Of a DNA stretch of 64,000 nt, positions 48,906 through 58,518 are shown piece after piece (position 1 is the stretch's first letter; each line of letters opens with the position of its first letter). This stretch comes from Myxococcota bacterium. GTDB lineage: Bacteria; Myxococcota_A; SURF-8; G963663525. The stretch covers positions 32,001 through 96,000 of the forward strand of contig CAXXVK010000062.1 in the NCBI GenBank assembly GCA_963676915.2. The letters run 5' to 3'. Under the pieces are notes generated by a model. The model worked only from the letters and a program-made list of their open reading frames with translations, did no database searches and was not told the origin of the DNA. Made by a program: the position numbers and the translations under genes.

Positions 48906-50144
48906 TCAATCAAAGGTTACGGTGCTGAACAAATCATCGAGCGTTTCGGCGCGGCGGATTTGGCGTAATTCGCCATCCAGTGTCAAAAGATACTCCGCAT
49001 GGCGCGTTTGTCCATTGTAATTGTGGCCCATCGCAAAGGCATGGGCGCCACAATGGTGAATCGCGACGACATCCCCGACGTTGCACAAGGGAAGTTCGCG
49101 ATCTTTGGCAAACTGGTCGCTGTTTTCGCAAATACGTCCAACGACCGAGACGGTTTCCTTTTTCGTCTCTCCATTGAGCACGGAAACATAGTGGTAAGCG
49201 TCGTAAATCGATGGCCGGGGCATGTCGTTGGAGCAAGCATCTACACCAACATACTTTTTGTAACTGTCTTTGATGGCATTGACATGGGTTACCAACCACC
49301 CGGCAGTAGCTCCGATGAAGCGCCCCGGCTCTACCATGATCGTCGGTTCGTTCAGCCCGAAGCGTTCAATCTGTCGGTCGAATACTTCACGAATCCCCTG
49401 GGCAAGCGGAACGAGGTCGAGGCTTTCTTCTTCAGGACGATACGGTACACCGAAACCACCACCGAGGTTAAGAAATTCAATCTCGATTCCGGTGGTATCA
49501 CGGATTTCCGCTGCGATTTCAAGCTGTTTCTCTACGACTTTATAAAAATACCGATCGTCCAGCACGTTGGAACCGGTCATGATGTGCATACCGAAATGCT
49601 TGACACCAAGCGCTTTGGCTTGACGAAACGCTTCGGTAGCTTTTTCGCGAGCCACGCCGAATTTTGCATCGGGACCAGCCAACACGATGTTTTCCTTGCC
49701 CCCCTTGCCGATTCCCGGATTGATACGGAAAGACAACGTTTCCGGCATACCTAGCGATTCCATCATGGGAAGAAGGCTGATGTCGTCGAGGTTGATGATC
49801 AACCCGGCTTCCATCGCCATGACGAATTCATCTCGGAGTGTGTAGTTCCCCGTATACATTCCACGTGCTCCAAGTTTTTGAGCAAGCCAGGCTTCCGAAG
49901 TACTGGACGCGTCGAACCCAAAACCCTCGTCCATGATAATTTTAAGAAGTTGGGGGTTGGGATTCGCTTTGACCGCGAACAGGGGTTTGAAAGAAGAAAA
50001 GACCTTTTCGAACGCCTGTTTCAACGTGCGGCAATTGGCGCGCAGTTTTTTCTCTTCGTACAGAAAAAACGGGGTCTCAAAACGGTCGGCGGCTTCAAGA
50101 ATCGCCGACTCGGGCAAATACGTAACTTCTGGATTGACAGACAT
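48906..50144 (-). CDS. lysA: Diaminopimelate decarboxylase
   Basis: FAVKANP, RINPG, KFGV, HIMTGS, NLGGGFG, EPGRF, GRICENSD, GAHAFAMGHNYN. Confidence 0.95.
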   Translation of the reverse strand: MSVNPEVTYLPESAILEAADRFETPFFLYEEKKLRANCRTLKQAFEKVFSSFKPLFAVKANPNPQLLKIIMDEGFGFDASSTSEAWLAQKLGARGMYTGNYTLRDEFVMAMEAGLIINLDDISLLPMMESLGMPETLSFRINPGIGKGGKENIVLAGPDAKFGVAREKATEAFRQAKALGVKHFGMHIMTGSNVLDDRYFYKVVEKQLEIAAEIRDTTGIEIEFLNLGGGFGVPYRPEEESLDLVPLAQGIREVFDRQIERFGLNEPTIMVEPGRFIGATAGWLVTHVNAIKDSYKKYVGVDACSNDMPRPSIYDAYHYVSVLNGETKKETVSVVGRICENSDQFAKDRELPLCNVGDVVAIHHCGAHAFAMGHNYNGQTRHAEYLLTLDGELRQIRRAETLDDLFSTVTFD

Positions 50145-50167
50145 AATTCCTTTTTATTCTTTGTTTT

Positions 50168-51535
50168 TTAGACACCGAAAAACGTTCGGTGGAGCAATTG
50201 AACGGTTTTGTCTCGATGCTCGTTGTCGATAACAATGCTGAGATTGATGCGCAAGTCACCCATCGAAATCATGTTGACTCCGATGCCTTCCTGACGCAAT
50301 CCCTCGAAAACTTTTTCATAAATCGAAGCGTTGTGCTGAATTTCAGCGCCAACCAGACACATGATGGCCTGATCCGGCGTCACAACCACCCTACCGAGTT
50401 TTTTGAGATCATTGACCAAAGGCTCGATCTCTTTCGGGGATTGATCCACGCTTAGCGAAACACTTACCTCGGAGGTGGAAACCAAGTCGATGCTGATCCC
50501 GTGACGTGCGAAACATTCCGTGATTTTCGCCATGAATCCGGCAGCCATCAACATACCGTACGAACTGATGCGGATGATCGTCACATCTTTTTTGTAAGCG
50601 ATGGACTTAAACGGCTGATCCGCTTCCACCGTTTCATCGACGATCAACGTACCTTGTGCCTCGGGATGAAACGTGTTGAGAATACGAATGGGGATATTCT
50701 CTTTCAACGCAGGCCATACGCTATGCGGATGCAGCACTTTCGCTCCGAAATGCGCCAACTCGGCCATTTCATCGAAAGAAATGCGCTCCAGTATTTTTGC
50801 ATTGGGAACTTTTGTTGGGTTGGCTGTGGCCACACCGTCCACGTCGGTCCAGATCTGGATTTCTTCCGCATTCTTGACCGTTCCAGCCAGAGAAGCGCAG
50901 AAGTCCGAGTATCCCCTGCCGACACAGTTCAAAATGCCTTTGGTAGTTGGACCGAAAAAGCCCGTCAGCACCGGAACCGCGCCTTCTCGAACGTTTTCGA
51001 GGCTGGCTCGGAAGAAATCCTGAACCTTTGGCCAATAGTCTTCGCTATCGGTCGGCATATTCCCATGAATCAGGCGATCCAACGAGGTGAATTCCGCCGG
51101 ACAATCCCTGTCTTCAAGTACGGAAGTCAGAATTCGGGCGCTCAACTTTTCACCAACAGCCAGTACGATGTCGTAGGAACGCGGTGTCAACTCTCCTACA
51201 ACACCGATGGCATCGAGGAAAACCTGCAAGTCTTTGAGAGTTTTTGTTATGTACTCGCTCGCATCGAGCGCAAATTTTGTCTGTTTCACCGCTTTTCCGA
51301 GCACGTCAAGGTGGCGGTGCAGAATATCGTCTACGATGGTTCGAGCTTTCTCGGGTTGTCGCTGAATGGCGGCCTCGGTAGCCGACAGCAGCAGGTTGGT
51401 GATCCCACCGATGGCGGAAACGACGACTACCGGCTGCTTGCCGTTTTCGACCGCTCCCAAAACGATGTTCGCAACTTTGTTACGAATACAATCGGCATCG
51501 CCCATCGACGTTCCACCGAATTTCATCACAATCAT
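50168..51535 (-). CDS. lysC: Aspartate kinase
   Basis: VMKFGGTS, VVVSA, GEKLSA, GRGYSDF, IWTDVDG, ELAHFGAKVLHP, C-terminal ACT domains. Confidence 0.95.
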   Translation of the reverse strand: MIVMKFGGTSMGDADCIRNKVANIVLGAVENGKQPVVVVSAIGGITNLLLSATEAAIQRQPEKARTIVDDILHRHLDVLGKAVKQTKFALDASEYITKTLKDLQVFLDAIGVVGELTPRSYDIVLAVGEKLSARILTSVLEDRDCPAEFTSLDRLIHGNMPTDSEDYWPKVQDFFRASLENVREGAVPVLTGFFGPTTKGILNCVGRGYSDFCASLAGTVKNAEEIQIWTDVDGVATANPTKVPNAKILERISFDEMAELAHFGAKVLHPHSVWPALKENIPIRILNTFHPEAQGTLIVDETVEADQPFKSIAYKKDVTIIRISSYGMLMAAGFMAKITECFARHGISIDLVSTSEVSVSLSVDQSPKEIEPLVNDLKKLGRVVVTPDQAIMCLVGAEIQHNASIYEKVFEGLRQEGIGVNMISMGDLRINLSIVIDNEHRDKTVQLLHRTFFGV

Positions 51536-51640
51536 GCAAATCTACTCCTTTCCACTAGTGAAAAAACAATGAAAACGGGCATTGGATATAACTCGTTTTC
51601 ATCCGACGTATAACTCCAACACGTCCAACGAAGGAACCCG

Positions 51641-51668
51641 AGTGTAACGGAATCGTATAAATTGTCAA
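51641..51668 (-). promoter_or_regulatory. Putative sigma70 promoter of the lysC operon
   Basis: Minus strand TTGACA, 16 nt, TACACT, about 105 nt upstream of the lysC start. Confidence 0.55.
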
Positions 51669-51719
51669 TTTTAGGGAACTAACGGAAAAAACGGGACTTT
51701 TTAGCGACAAACGAAGCCA

Positions 51720-53204
51720 TCAGGGCTGCATATCGATCAACTTTTCAGGATCGACCAGAATCAGTTCGCCGACCGTCAATTTCAAACGATACAGTGCCAC
51801 ATAACGTATATTCCGTATACGCGCCAGTTCCTGTTGTCGATGCAACAGAGCCGTCCAGCCACGTACAAATGAATCGAAGGAAAGATCTCCTTCGAGAAAG
51901 GCGTTTTTTTTAGCGAAGAAGTTGGCCGTTGCTCGCTCGTATCCGCTTTCGACGAGTTCCAGAGTCTCTTTTGCCCGAACCGCTTCAGCACGAGCTTTGG
52001 CAATATCGACCTGCACGCCATCTTTTTGCGCATCTAGTTCCGCCTGTTGTCGTTCCAATTCCGCGTTGACGGCAGCGAGCTGGTAATACGTAGATCCCCA
52101 CTCCCAGATACTCCAGTCGAGAGCCACCCCTCCATAGTACAGATTATTAGGCAAGAGTTGCCCTTGACCTACACGATATTCATAGCTTCCAAACAAGGAA
52201 AATTTCGGGATGAATTCTCCCAACGCCACGTTTCGTAAGGCACGATGGGCAGAAATACGTTTACGAAGTCCGACAAAATCGGGACGTTGAGCAATACAAC
52301 GCTCGACGAGTTCGTTTTCTTCGGAGGACAATAGATTTTCGTCCGGAAGATCCGGCATGACAGGCACAATATCTTCCAGGCTATTGTCGTCCATTAAAGC
52401 ATGTAACGCCGCTGTGGCTACCTGTTTTTCGTATTCGGCGCGAATCGCGAAACGCTGGTAGCTTTCTTTCAGGTTTTCAAGCTCGAATCGTTCCTGTTCT
52501 GAAAACCATGGAACGGAAGGTGCTTTTTTCTGGAATTTTTCCGTTCTTTCTTCACCAAGCCACGTTTCCAGTTCTTGCAGTGCCCAACGGGAATATTCCT
52601 TGATTTCAGCCGCATAGATCAATCCAAAATACGCGGAAATGACTTTCTCGGCCAGTTCATCCCGTTTCAAGGACGCTTCCAGTTTGCTGGCATCACGTAA
52701 CCTGTTATAGGCTTTGTACTGAAAATAAGTACCAAACAAATCGGTAATGGGCTGTTCGGCCGTAACATTCATTTCCAAAGTGAACTGATTGCGTAACTTG
52801 ATGGAATGATTGAAATTTCCCTCATCATGATAGGTATTTAACGCTGTGACCAGAGTCTGGGGTTGACCCAGTTCCGAGGAGATTTCATCCAACACTGGAT
52901 CAAGCGGTTGAAACGAGCGCGCCGCATTGATCTTCGCGCGTAGAGGACTATCCCAGGCAGTGAGCCGGGATTGAGTGTAAACACGTGGAAAAAGTTTGGC
53001 GAACGTAGAAAGTGCCAGATTTTCTTTGATTTCCGCCTCGTAGCGTTCGACCGTCAACGATCTGTTTTCCGTGTACGTTTTGTGCAGGCATTCGTCCAAT
53101 GACATTTCTCGGGACATTGCCTGAGAAGCAAATAGCCATACCATTGAAATCATTACATAAAATGAAATTAGATTCAATCTGACTTCGAACATCGTCCGTT
53201 TCAT
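51720..53204 (-). CDS. TolC-family outer-membrane efflux protein
   Basis: MSLDECL..T..EN, LFPRV, QPITDL, QRPD, FIPKFSL.GSY, LDWSIWEWG; start uncertain. Confidence 0.8.
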   Translation of the reverse strand: MKRTMFEVRLNLISFYVMISMVWLFASQAMSREMSLDECLHKTYTENRSLTVERYEAEIKENLALSTFAKLFPRVYTQSRLTAWDSPLRAKINAARSFQPLDPVLDEISSELGQPQTLVTALNTYHDEGNFNHSIKLRNQFTLEMNVTAEQPITDLFGTYFQYKAYNRLRDASKLEASLKRDELAEKVISAYFGLIYAAEIKEYSRWALQELETWLGEERTEKFQKKAPSVPWFSEQERFELENLKESYQRFAIRAEYEKQVATAALHALMDDNSLEDIVPVMPDLPDENLLSSEENELVERCIAQRPDFVGLRKRISAHRALRNVALGEFIPKFSLFGSYEYRVGQGQLLPNNLYYGGVALDWSIWEWGSTYYQLAAVNAELERQQAELDAQKDGVQVDIAKARAEAVRAKETLELVESGYERATANFFAKKNAFLEGDLSFDSFVRGWTALLHRQQELARIRNIRYVALYRLKLTVGELILVDPEKLIDMQP

Positions 53205-53278
53205 TAGATTCCTCGGCTTTGTGCGTCGAAAATTCCGGTTGTCTGTTGGAACAAAGATTCCAAATAGAGAAGGAGATG

Positions 53279-54964
53279 TCAATCTTCCAGGAAGTAATTG
53301 AAATCTTCCGCTTCTTCTGCGTGGAGAATTTCGTGTACGTGGGCCGGACTTTTGGCCGTGAAAACCTGCTTCTGGATGTTTCGGTCGGCACCGATCGCTC
53401 GGGCCAGTGCGGCTAGTACTTCGAGGTGCCGGTCACGCTGGCTCGGTGGTGTGGCTAGGAGCACCATACAATGGACAGGCTTGCCGTCCGGTGTGGAAAT
53501 TCGTAGCCCTTCCCTGCTGATTCCCATAGTCGCAATGATTTTGTCGCCTTTTTCGAGGATTCCATGGGGAATCGCCAGACCGGAACCGATGCACGTGGAC
53601 ATCTCTTCTTCTCGTTCAAGAATGGACTTTAACAGATGTTCCCGGTTGATTCGGGTATTGTGAGATTGAATCATCAGATCCAGCAATTGGCGGATGGCAT
53701 CTTCTTTGTCTTTAGCTTTCATATCCACGACAATGTTCTCTTCGTGGATAAAATCGATCAGTCGGGCACGGTTTTTTCCGTAATCCCCTGATCGCACCAA
53801 AGAAAAGCGCGTCAGCACCGGACCGATGATTTCGTTGAAAAGCACCGATGTCAGTCCCACGGCGAGAAATAAATCTTTGATCGCAGCGAACTGCGGTTCC
53901 TCGTTAACGAGAATCAACAGACCTACGGCTACACCGGCTTGGGGAATCAATGCCGAGCCAAGGTATTGCCTTACCCGGTCGGTGGTTCCGGCGAGTTTCA
54001 TGGCGAAATAACCTGAGGCGAGCTTTCCACCCATTCGTACAACGACGATCACAAGGGCGATCAATCCTCCCGAAATGGCGTAATCCAGATTCAGTTTCAT
54101 TCCCGCAAGGGTAAAGAAAATCGTAAAAATGGCATTTTCGAGATTGGCGAAGACCTTGTGGCCGATGTTGTCTTTTCCCGGTGAAAGATTCGACAGTGTC
54201 AGCCCCAGGAACATACTGGCTAACATCGTGGAAATATTCATGTAATCGGCCAAACCAGTTACGATGAGAATTGCGGTTAGAGAAGCGGTGGTCAACTTTT
54301 CGGGACGAACGATTTTTCGCGTGCCGATAACGAGAATGATTCCGACGCTACCTCCGAGTAGAATTGAAGCTCCCAGTTGTTTCAAAGGAGATATCAGCAC
54401 CAGCCACTCTGAATGCTGCCCGTTGATATCCAAACCGACTTTCGCCGCCGCATGGGCTATTTCGAAAAGCAGGATGCAGGCAAGGTTGTTCAACGCCACT
54501 GCGCCAACAAGCGTTTTGACGAACACACCTTTCGAACGGGTTTCGGCGATCAGTGCTACGATGGTAGCCGGAGCGGTCGAGACGGCCAACGCTCCCAGCA
54601 TGACGCTCATCGTCCAATCCATCGAAGGAAACAGCAGCATCGCCAGGATGATCAATAGCGGCGTTAGAATTGATTCGAAGGCCAGAAGAATCAGCAACCG
54701 TTTGTAAGCGTTGCGAAGCTTTCGAAAATTCAGATGATTTCCGACGGCTACCGAAACAAGTCCCAAAGCGAAGTTGGTGATGGGTTGCAGGTCATCCACA
54801 TGGCCGTATTGGAACAAGCCCAGGACAGACGGCCCGATCAGAAAACCCGCCACGATCTGCCCCGTAACCGAAGGCATACGAAAGCGTTTCACGATCGAAC
54901 CCAAAAGGGTTCCGGCGATCAGGACAATGGAAACGACCAGGAGTGGATTCGCCGACTCAAGCAT
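53279..54964 (-). CDS. Cation:proton antiporter fused to a C-terminal PTS EIIA (Ntr/fructose-type) domain
   Basis: Multi-TM region with STAPAT, VALNN, IPQAGVAVGL; C-terminal EREEEMSTCIGSGLAIPH. Confidence 0.85.
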   Translation of the reverse strand: MLESANPLLVVSIVLIAGTLLGSIVKRFRMPSVTGQIVAGFLIGPSVLGLFQYGHVDDLQPITNFALGLVSVAVGNHLNFRKLRNAYKRLLILLAFESILTPLLIILAMLLFPSMDWTMSVMLGALAVSTAPATIVALIAETRSKGVFVKTLVGAVALNNLACILLFEIAHAAAKVGLDINGQHSEWLVLISPLKQLGASILLGGSVGIILVIGTRKIVRPEKLTTASLTAILIVTGLADYMNISTMLASMFLGLTLSNLSPGKDNIGHKVFANLENAIFTIFFTLAGMKLNLDYAISGGLIALVIVVVRMGGKLASGYFAMKLAGTTDRVRQYLGSALIPQAGVAVGLLILVNEEPQFAAIKDLFLAVGLTSVLFNEIIGPVLTRFSLVRSGDYGKNRARLIDFIHEENIVVDMKAKDKEDAIRQLLDLMIQSHNTRINREHLLKSILEREEEMSTCIGSGLAIPHGILEKGDKIIATMGISREGLRISTPDGKPVHCMVLLATPPSQRDRHLEVLAALARAIGADRNIQKQVFTAKSPAHVHEILHAEEAEDFNYFLED

Positions 54965-55057
54965 ACACGGTAGACCTTTTTCTTCGAAACATGGGAGACA
55001 TTTCGAGAGTATACCTGAAATTTTACGGTTGTGTTCGAAAAACAGACAGGAAAGGCG

Positions 55058-55600
55058 TCAATCGAGATTCACTCCCTGGGTAACGAAAGAGATCCCCTGT
55101 TGACCGCCAGTGGAAATCACCACGCATTCGATCACGGGTTTCGTAACCTTGCGGTCGCTCATCCACTCCACCACGAAATTGGCTCCCGAACCTCCAACTT
55201 TGTCTCTGGCGCCTACGATATATTCCAAGGTAGACATGGGAGGCAGACGCACGGGAGATTCGAGGTATTCCCTCAATAACTTCCCGGAAGTATTGTAGTA
55301 TTGGACGGACCGAATATAAATGGACTCGTTGATATCCGTGTTGCGAAGACTCAACGTGTTGGTCAGGTAAAAAATATCACCGTCGCGGTGGTAAATATGG
55401 GAATACACTGGAACGTATACCCTGTGACCGTCCACTCTGTTCATTTTTTGAAAGTTTTCCGAGGCTACCGCTTCTGCGCCCGCTCTCTCTAGGGCTGTTG
55501 CATTCGCCGGATGTCGCGAATCGCTTTTCTTGCACCCAAACGATCCCAAAAGAACGATAATCAGTACTGCCAACAAGTAAAAGCGTTGTTTTCCGAGCAT
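55058..55600 (-). CDS. DUF3124-family lipoprotein
   Basis: Lipobox SFG|C; YVPVYSHIY, TLSLRNTD, GGSGANFVVEW, QGISF. Confidence 0.8.
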   Translation of the reverse strand: MLGKQRFYLLAVLIIVLLGSFGCKKSDSRHPANATALERAGAEAVASENFQKMNRVDGHRVYVPVYSHIYHRDGDIFYLTNTLSLRNTDINESIYIRSVQYYNTSGKLLREYLESPVRLPPMSTLEYIVGARDKVGGSGANFVVEWMSDRKVTKPVIECVVISTGGQQGISFVTQGVNLD

Positions 55601-55683
55601 TGGTTTATTACCTTTGCGCTTTGGTTTCTCGAATGAAATCAAGTTTCCGCTTTCAAACAGCTTTCGTTGGCGTGAAAACCGAT

Positions 55684-57372
55684 TCATTCGCTTTCGTTTT
55701 CTTCCGACTCTTCATCAACAGGTTCCTCGGAAGTTTGTTCCATCAGGAAACGAACGTTCGACAAGGAAATAGGTCCGTGTTTCAAGACGTTTTCGTGGAA
55801 CGTCATGGGATCGAAATCGTCCCCGGCTTTTTTCTTTTCATCTTCGGCCAGTTGAATGAAATCGAGGTATCCAAGAACCGGTCCTAAAGCCTTTGCCGGA
55901 TTCAAGCAGGCAAGCCGTACTTCCTTTTCGGCGTGAGTTTCTTTCAATCCGCATTGATCGACCAGCATTGCGGTGGCTTCCTTGAATGAAAGCGTATGAC
56001 AATGCAGTCCGATATCGATTTTCGCCAGACAGGCTCTCCAATAGCGATGATGAAGTTGCAAGAGGCGGGTTTCCGGTTTAACGAAAAGCCCTTCATTTTT
56101 CATCACTTCTTCGCAATACAGCGCCCAGCCGCCGTTAAAAGATGGATTTTCGGCAAGAAAACGTATCGGTCGTTGTACTTTGGCGTGAAACTCGTTTCTC
56201 AGGTGGTCACCAGGGAAAATATGCCGACTGACAACGAGGTTCAGAGCATCGCGGGGATGGCCGCGCAACAGTTTTTCGGCTTTGGCACGAGCAAGGTTTT
56301 TCGGAACCGTCACCCATACCGTTCCTTTGCGGTTCTCGCTCAGGATATCGAGTTCGCCGTATTGACTGAACGTGATTTCCGGCTCCAGAATCCCGATGCT
56401 GGGCTGCAACAGCGGAGCATCCAAATCCTCCGCCAGAGGGAACATTTTTAGTTTATCGAGAAAGCGACGTACCCTCTTGATTTCATTGGTATACGACGAA
56501 ACCAGGTAGCGAGCGGTGGGGTGATCTTTTTCGATCTTCTCGAAAAGATCCTTCCATTTGGCATCTTTTTTGATCTCTCCGGCAGTCGCCTGCATTTCTT
56601 TTTCGGTGGAAGCAATCAGATCATCGACTGCTTTTTCCGCGACATCATATTTGTTTCCGTATTGTAGTTGCGCATGAAGCAAGGTGTTGTACAGAGTTTT
56701 TCCAACGCAATAAGCTTTGTTGTCATCCGGAAGGGATTCATCTTTCAACCAGGTTTCGAACTCCTGGAGTTGGAAAAACAACGAGGTGGCTTCTTCCATG
56801 AATGTTTCACGAAGCGTGCCCGTGAGACGCTCTCCGAACTCGATAACGTCAAGCCGGAAGAAATCGAGAGCGCCCGAGACAGACTCCAACGTCATATCGA
56901 TAAAAGGCTGAGGTGGTTTATTGACATTGCGCATGGCCTGTCGAAGGAGCGTTGGTGCCTGAACCATTCGACGAAGGGCCGAAATTCCACGTTCTTTGGT
57001 CGTTCCGTAATTGTTGGCAATGATGGAATATACACCAAGCACCACCTGGTCGAGATATACCCCCGGATGGCAGGAATAGAGTTTACACTTCTGCAAATCC
57101 AGCAATTCGACATCGATAGCTGCGATGGACAATTCGTGATCCACCTGGTTGTCCGGTTGCAGGAAACGGCGGTTGATCTTCTTGAGCTTGTTTTTCAGAT
57201 CGATCAGTCGTTTTTCTCGCCGTTGCATGGCTTTGGGAGCGAAATCCGTCAGGTCTTCATCCTGGGCACTGTGCAGCCCCAGCATCGTTGCACGAACCGG
57301 ATTTTGTCGAATGAGAACCTGAAGGAGTTGATCGAGCAGTTTTTCAAATTCGATTTCTCTTGCATTGGTCAT
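55684..57372 (-). CDS. DUF885-family protein
   Basis: NPVRATMLG.H, HIFPGDHL, GWALYCE, WRAC...DIGLH, FHENVL.HG. Confidence 0.75.
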   Translation of the reverse strand: MTNAREIEFEKLLDQLLQVLIRQNPVRATMLGLHSAQDEDLTDFAPKAMQRREKRLIDLKNKLKKINRRFLQPDNQVDHELSIAAIDVELLDLQKCKLYSCHPGVYLDQVVLGVYSIIANNYGTTKERGISALRRMVQAPTLLRQAMRNVNKPPQPFIDMTLESVSGALDFFRLDVIEFGERLTGTLRETFMEEATSLFFQLQEFETWLKDESLPDDNKAYCVGKTLYNTLLHAQLQYGNKYDVAEKAVDDLIASTEKEMQATAGEIKKDAKWKDLFEKIEKDHPTARYLVSSYTNEIKRVRRFLDKLKMFPLAEDLDAPLLQPSIGILEPEITFSQYGELDILSENRKGTVWVTVPKNLARAKAEKLLRGHPRDALNLVVSRHIFPGDHLRNEFHAKVQRPIRFLAENPSFNGGWALYCEEVMKNEGLFVKPETRLLQLHHRYWRACLAKIDIGLHCHTLSFKEATAMLVDQCGLKETHAEKEVRLACLNPAKALGPVLGYLDFIQLAEDEKKKAGDDFDPMTFHENVLKHGPISLSNVRFLMEQTSEEPVDEESEENESE

Positions 57373-57687
57373 CGTGAACCTTCTCCTTGCAGATTCTAGA
57401 GCGTTTTTCCATCAAATTCGACCGGGATAGCGGGTAATCCCAATGGAAGTTCATCCGATTTAAACCGTACTTCGGTTTTCCTCCCCAACTATAATTGAAC
57501 CCAGTCGAGCCGTGTCAAGATATCGCACGAAAGAAACGCTAGAAGCAAGACGTATTTCTATCGTTTTTTGCAAATTCCCGTCTTTCATGACATTTTCTCG
57601 TCAGGTGACGGAAAACGGTTGGGCAAACCACCGATTCAAAGTACACTATTTATCAATTGAAACTCGTCCGTACTTTCTCCAGGGAGA

Positions 57688-58518
57688 ATGCCTGTGAGTA
57701 TCTCGAACGAAATTACGCTCGCCAAAGAGGCTATTCAGGAAAAAATGGGAGAAATCCCTTCCATCGCCGTGACATTGGGGTCCGGGTTGGGAGCATTGAC
57801 GGAACACATGGAAGATACCCGCGAACTTCCGTATTCCGACATCCCTGGGTTCGTCCAGTCCTCCGTGGCCGGTCATCTTGGAAGCCTGATTACAGGCCGG
57901 ATCGATGAAACGGAAATCGTATGTCTTTCCGGTAGGATACACCTTTACGAAGGCTATTCTCCCCAGCAAGTTGTTTTTGCCACGCGAGTATTGGGAGCTT
58001 GCGGCGTCAAAACGCTTCTACTGACCAACGCCGCCGGGGGGATCAATCCGTCGTTTCGTGCCGGTGACGTGATGGAGATCGTCGATCATCTCAATTTTTC
58101 CGGGAAGAACCCACTAACCGGACCGAATGACGACACCCTCGGTCCGCGTTTCCCGGATCTTGGTAACATCTACAATGGGAATCTTCGCGAAAAACTGCGT
58201 CAAAGCGCTTCCGATACCGGCTTGCAACTGCGATCGGGTGTATACGCCTGCATGCTCGGTCCGTCGTACGAAACACCGGCAGAAATCCGTATGTTGGCAC
58301 GATTGGGGGCGGATGCCGTCGGGATGAGCACCGTTCCCGAAGCGATTGCCGCTCACCACATGGGAATCGAAGTGGCCGGGTTGTCGTTGATTACCAACCT
58401 GGCCGCCGGAATTTCCTCAACGGCTTTGTCGCACGAAGAAGTTACCCTCGCCGCTCGGGACGCTTCTCGGAAAATGATTGCTCTCGTAACCTCATTCCTT
58501 GGAAAGTTGCACCCGTGA
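57688..58518 (+). CDS. punA: Purine nucleoside phosphorylase (trimeric PNP family)
   Basis: LGSGLG, GRIHLYEGY, TNAAGG, GPSYETPAE, VGMSTVPE, ITNLAAG, LSHEEV. Confidence 0.95.
   Translation: MPVSISNEITLAKEAIQEKMGEIPSIAVTLGSGLGALTEHMEDTRELPYSDIPGFVQSSVAGHLGSLITGRIDETEIVCLSGRIHLYEGYSPQQVVFATRVLGACGVKTLLLTNAAGGINPSFRAGDVMEIVDHLNFSGKNPLTGPNDDTLGPRFPDLGNIYNGNLREKLRQSASDTGLQLRSGVYACMLGPSYETPAEIRMLARLGADAVGMSTVPEAIAAHHMGIEVAGLSLITNLAAGISSTALSHEEVTLAARDASRKMIALVTSFLGKLHP

Noticed and set aside
50501-51613. 370-aa plus-strand ORF
   Set aside because: Antisense shadow of lysC.
51540-51720. Canonical lysine riboswitch
   Set aside because: The leader is too short, and I could not find the conserved lysine-aptamer elements.
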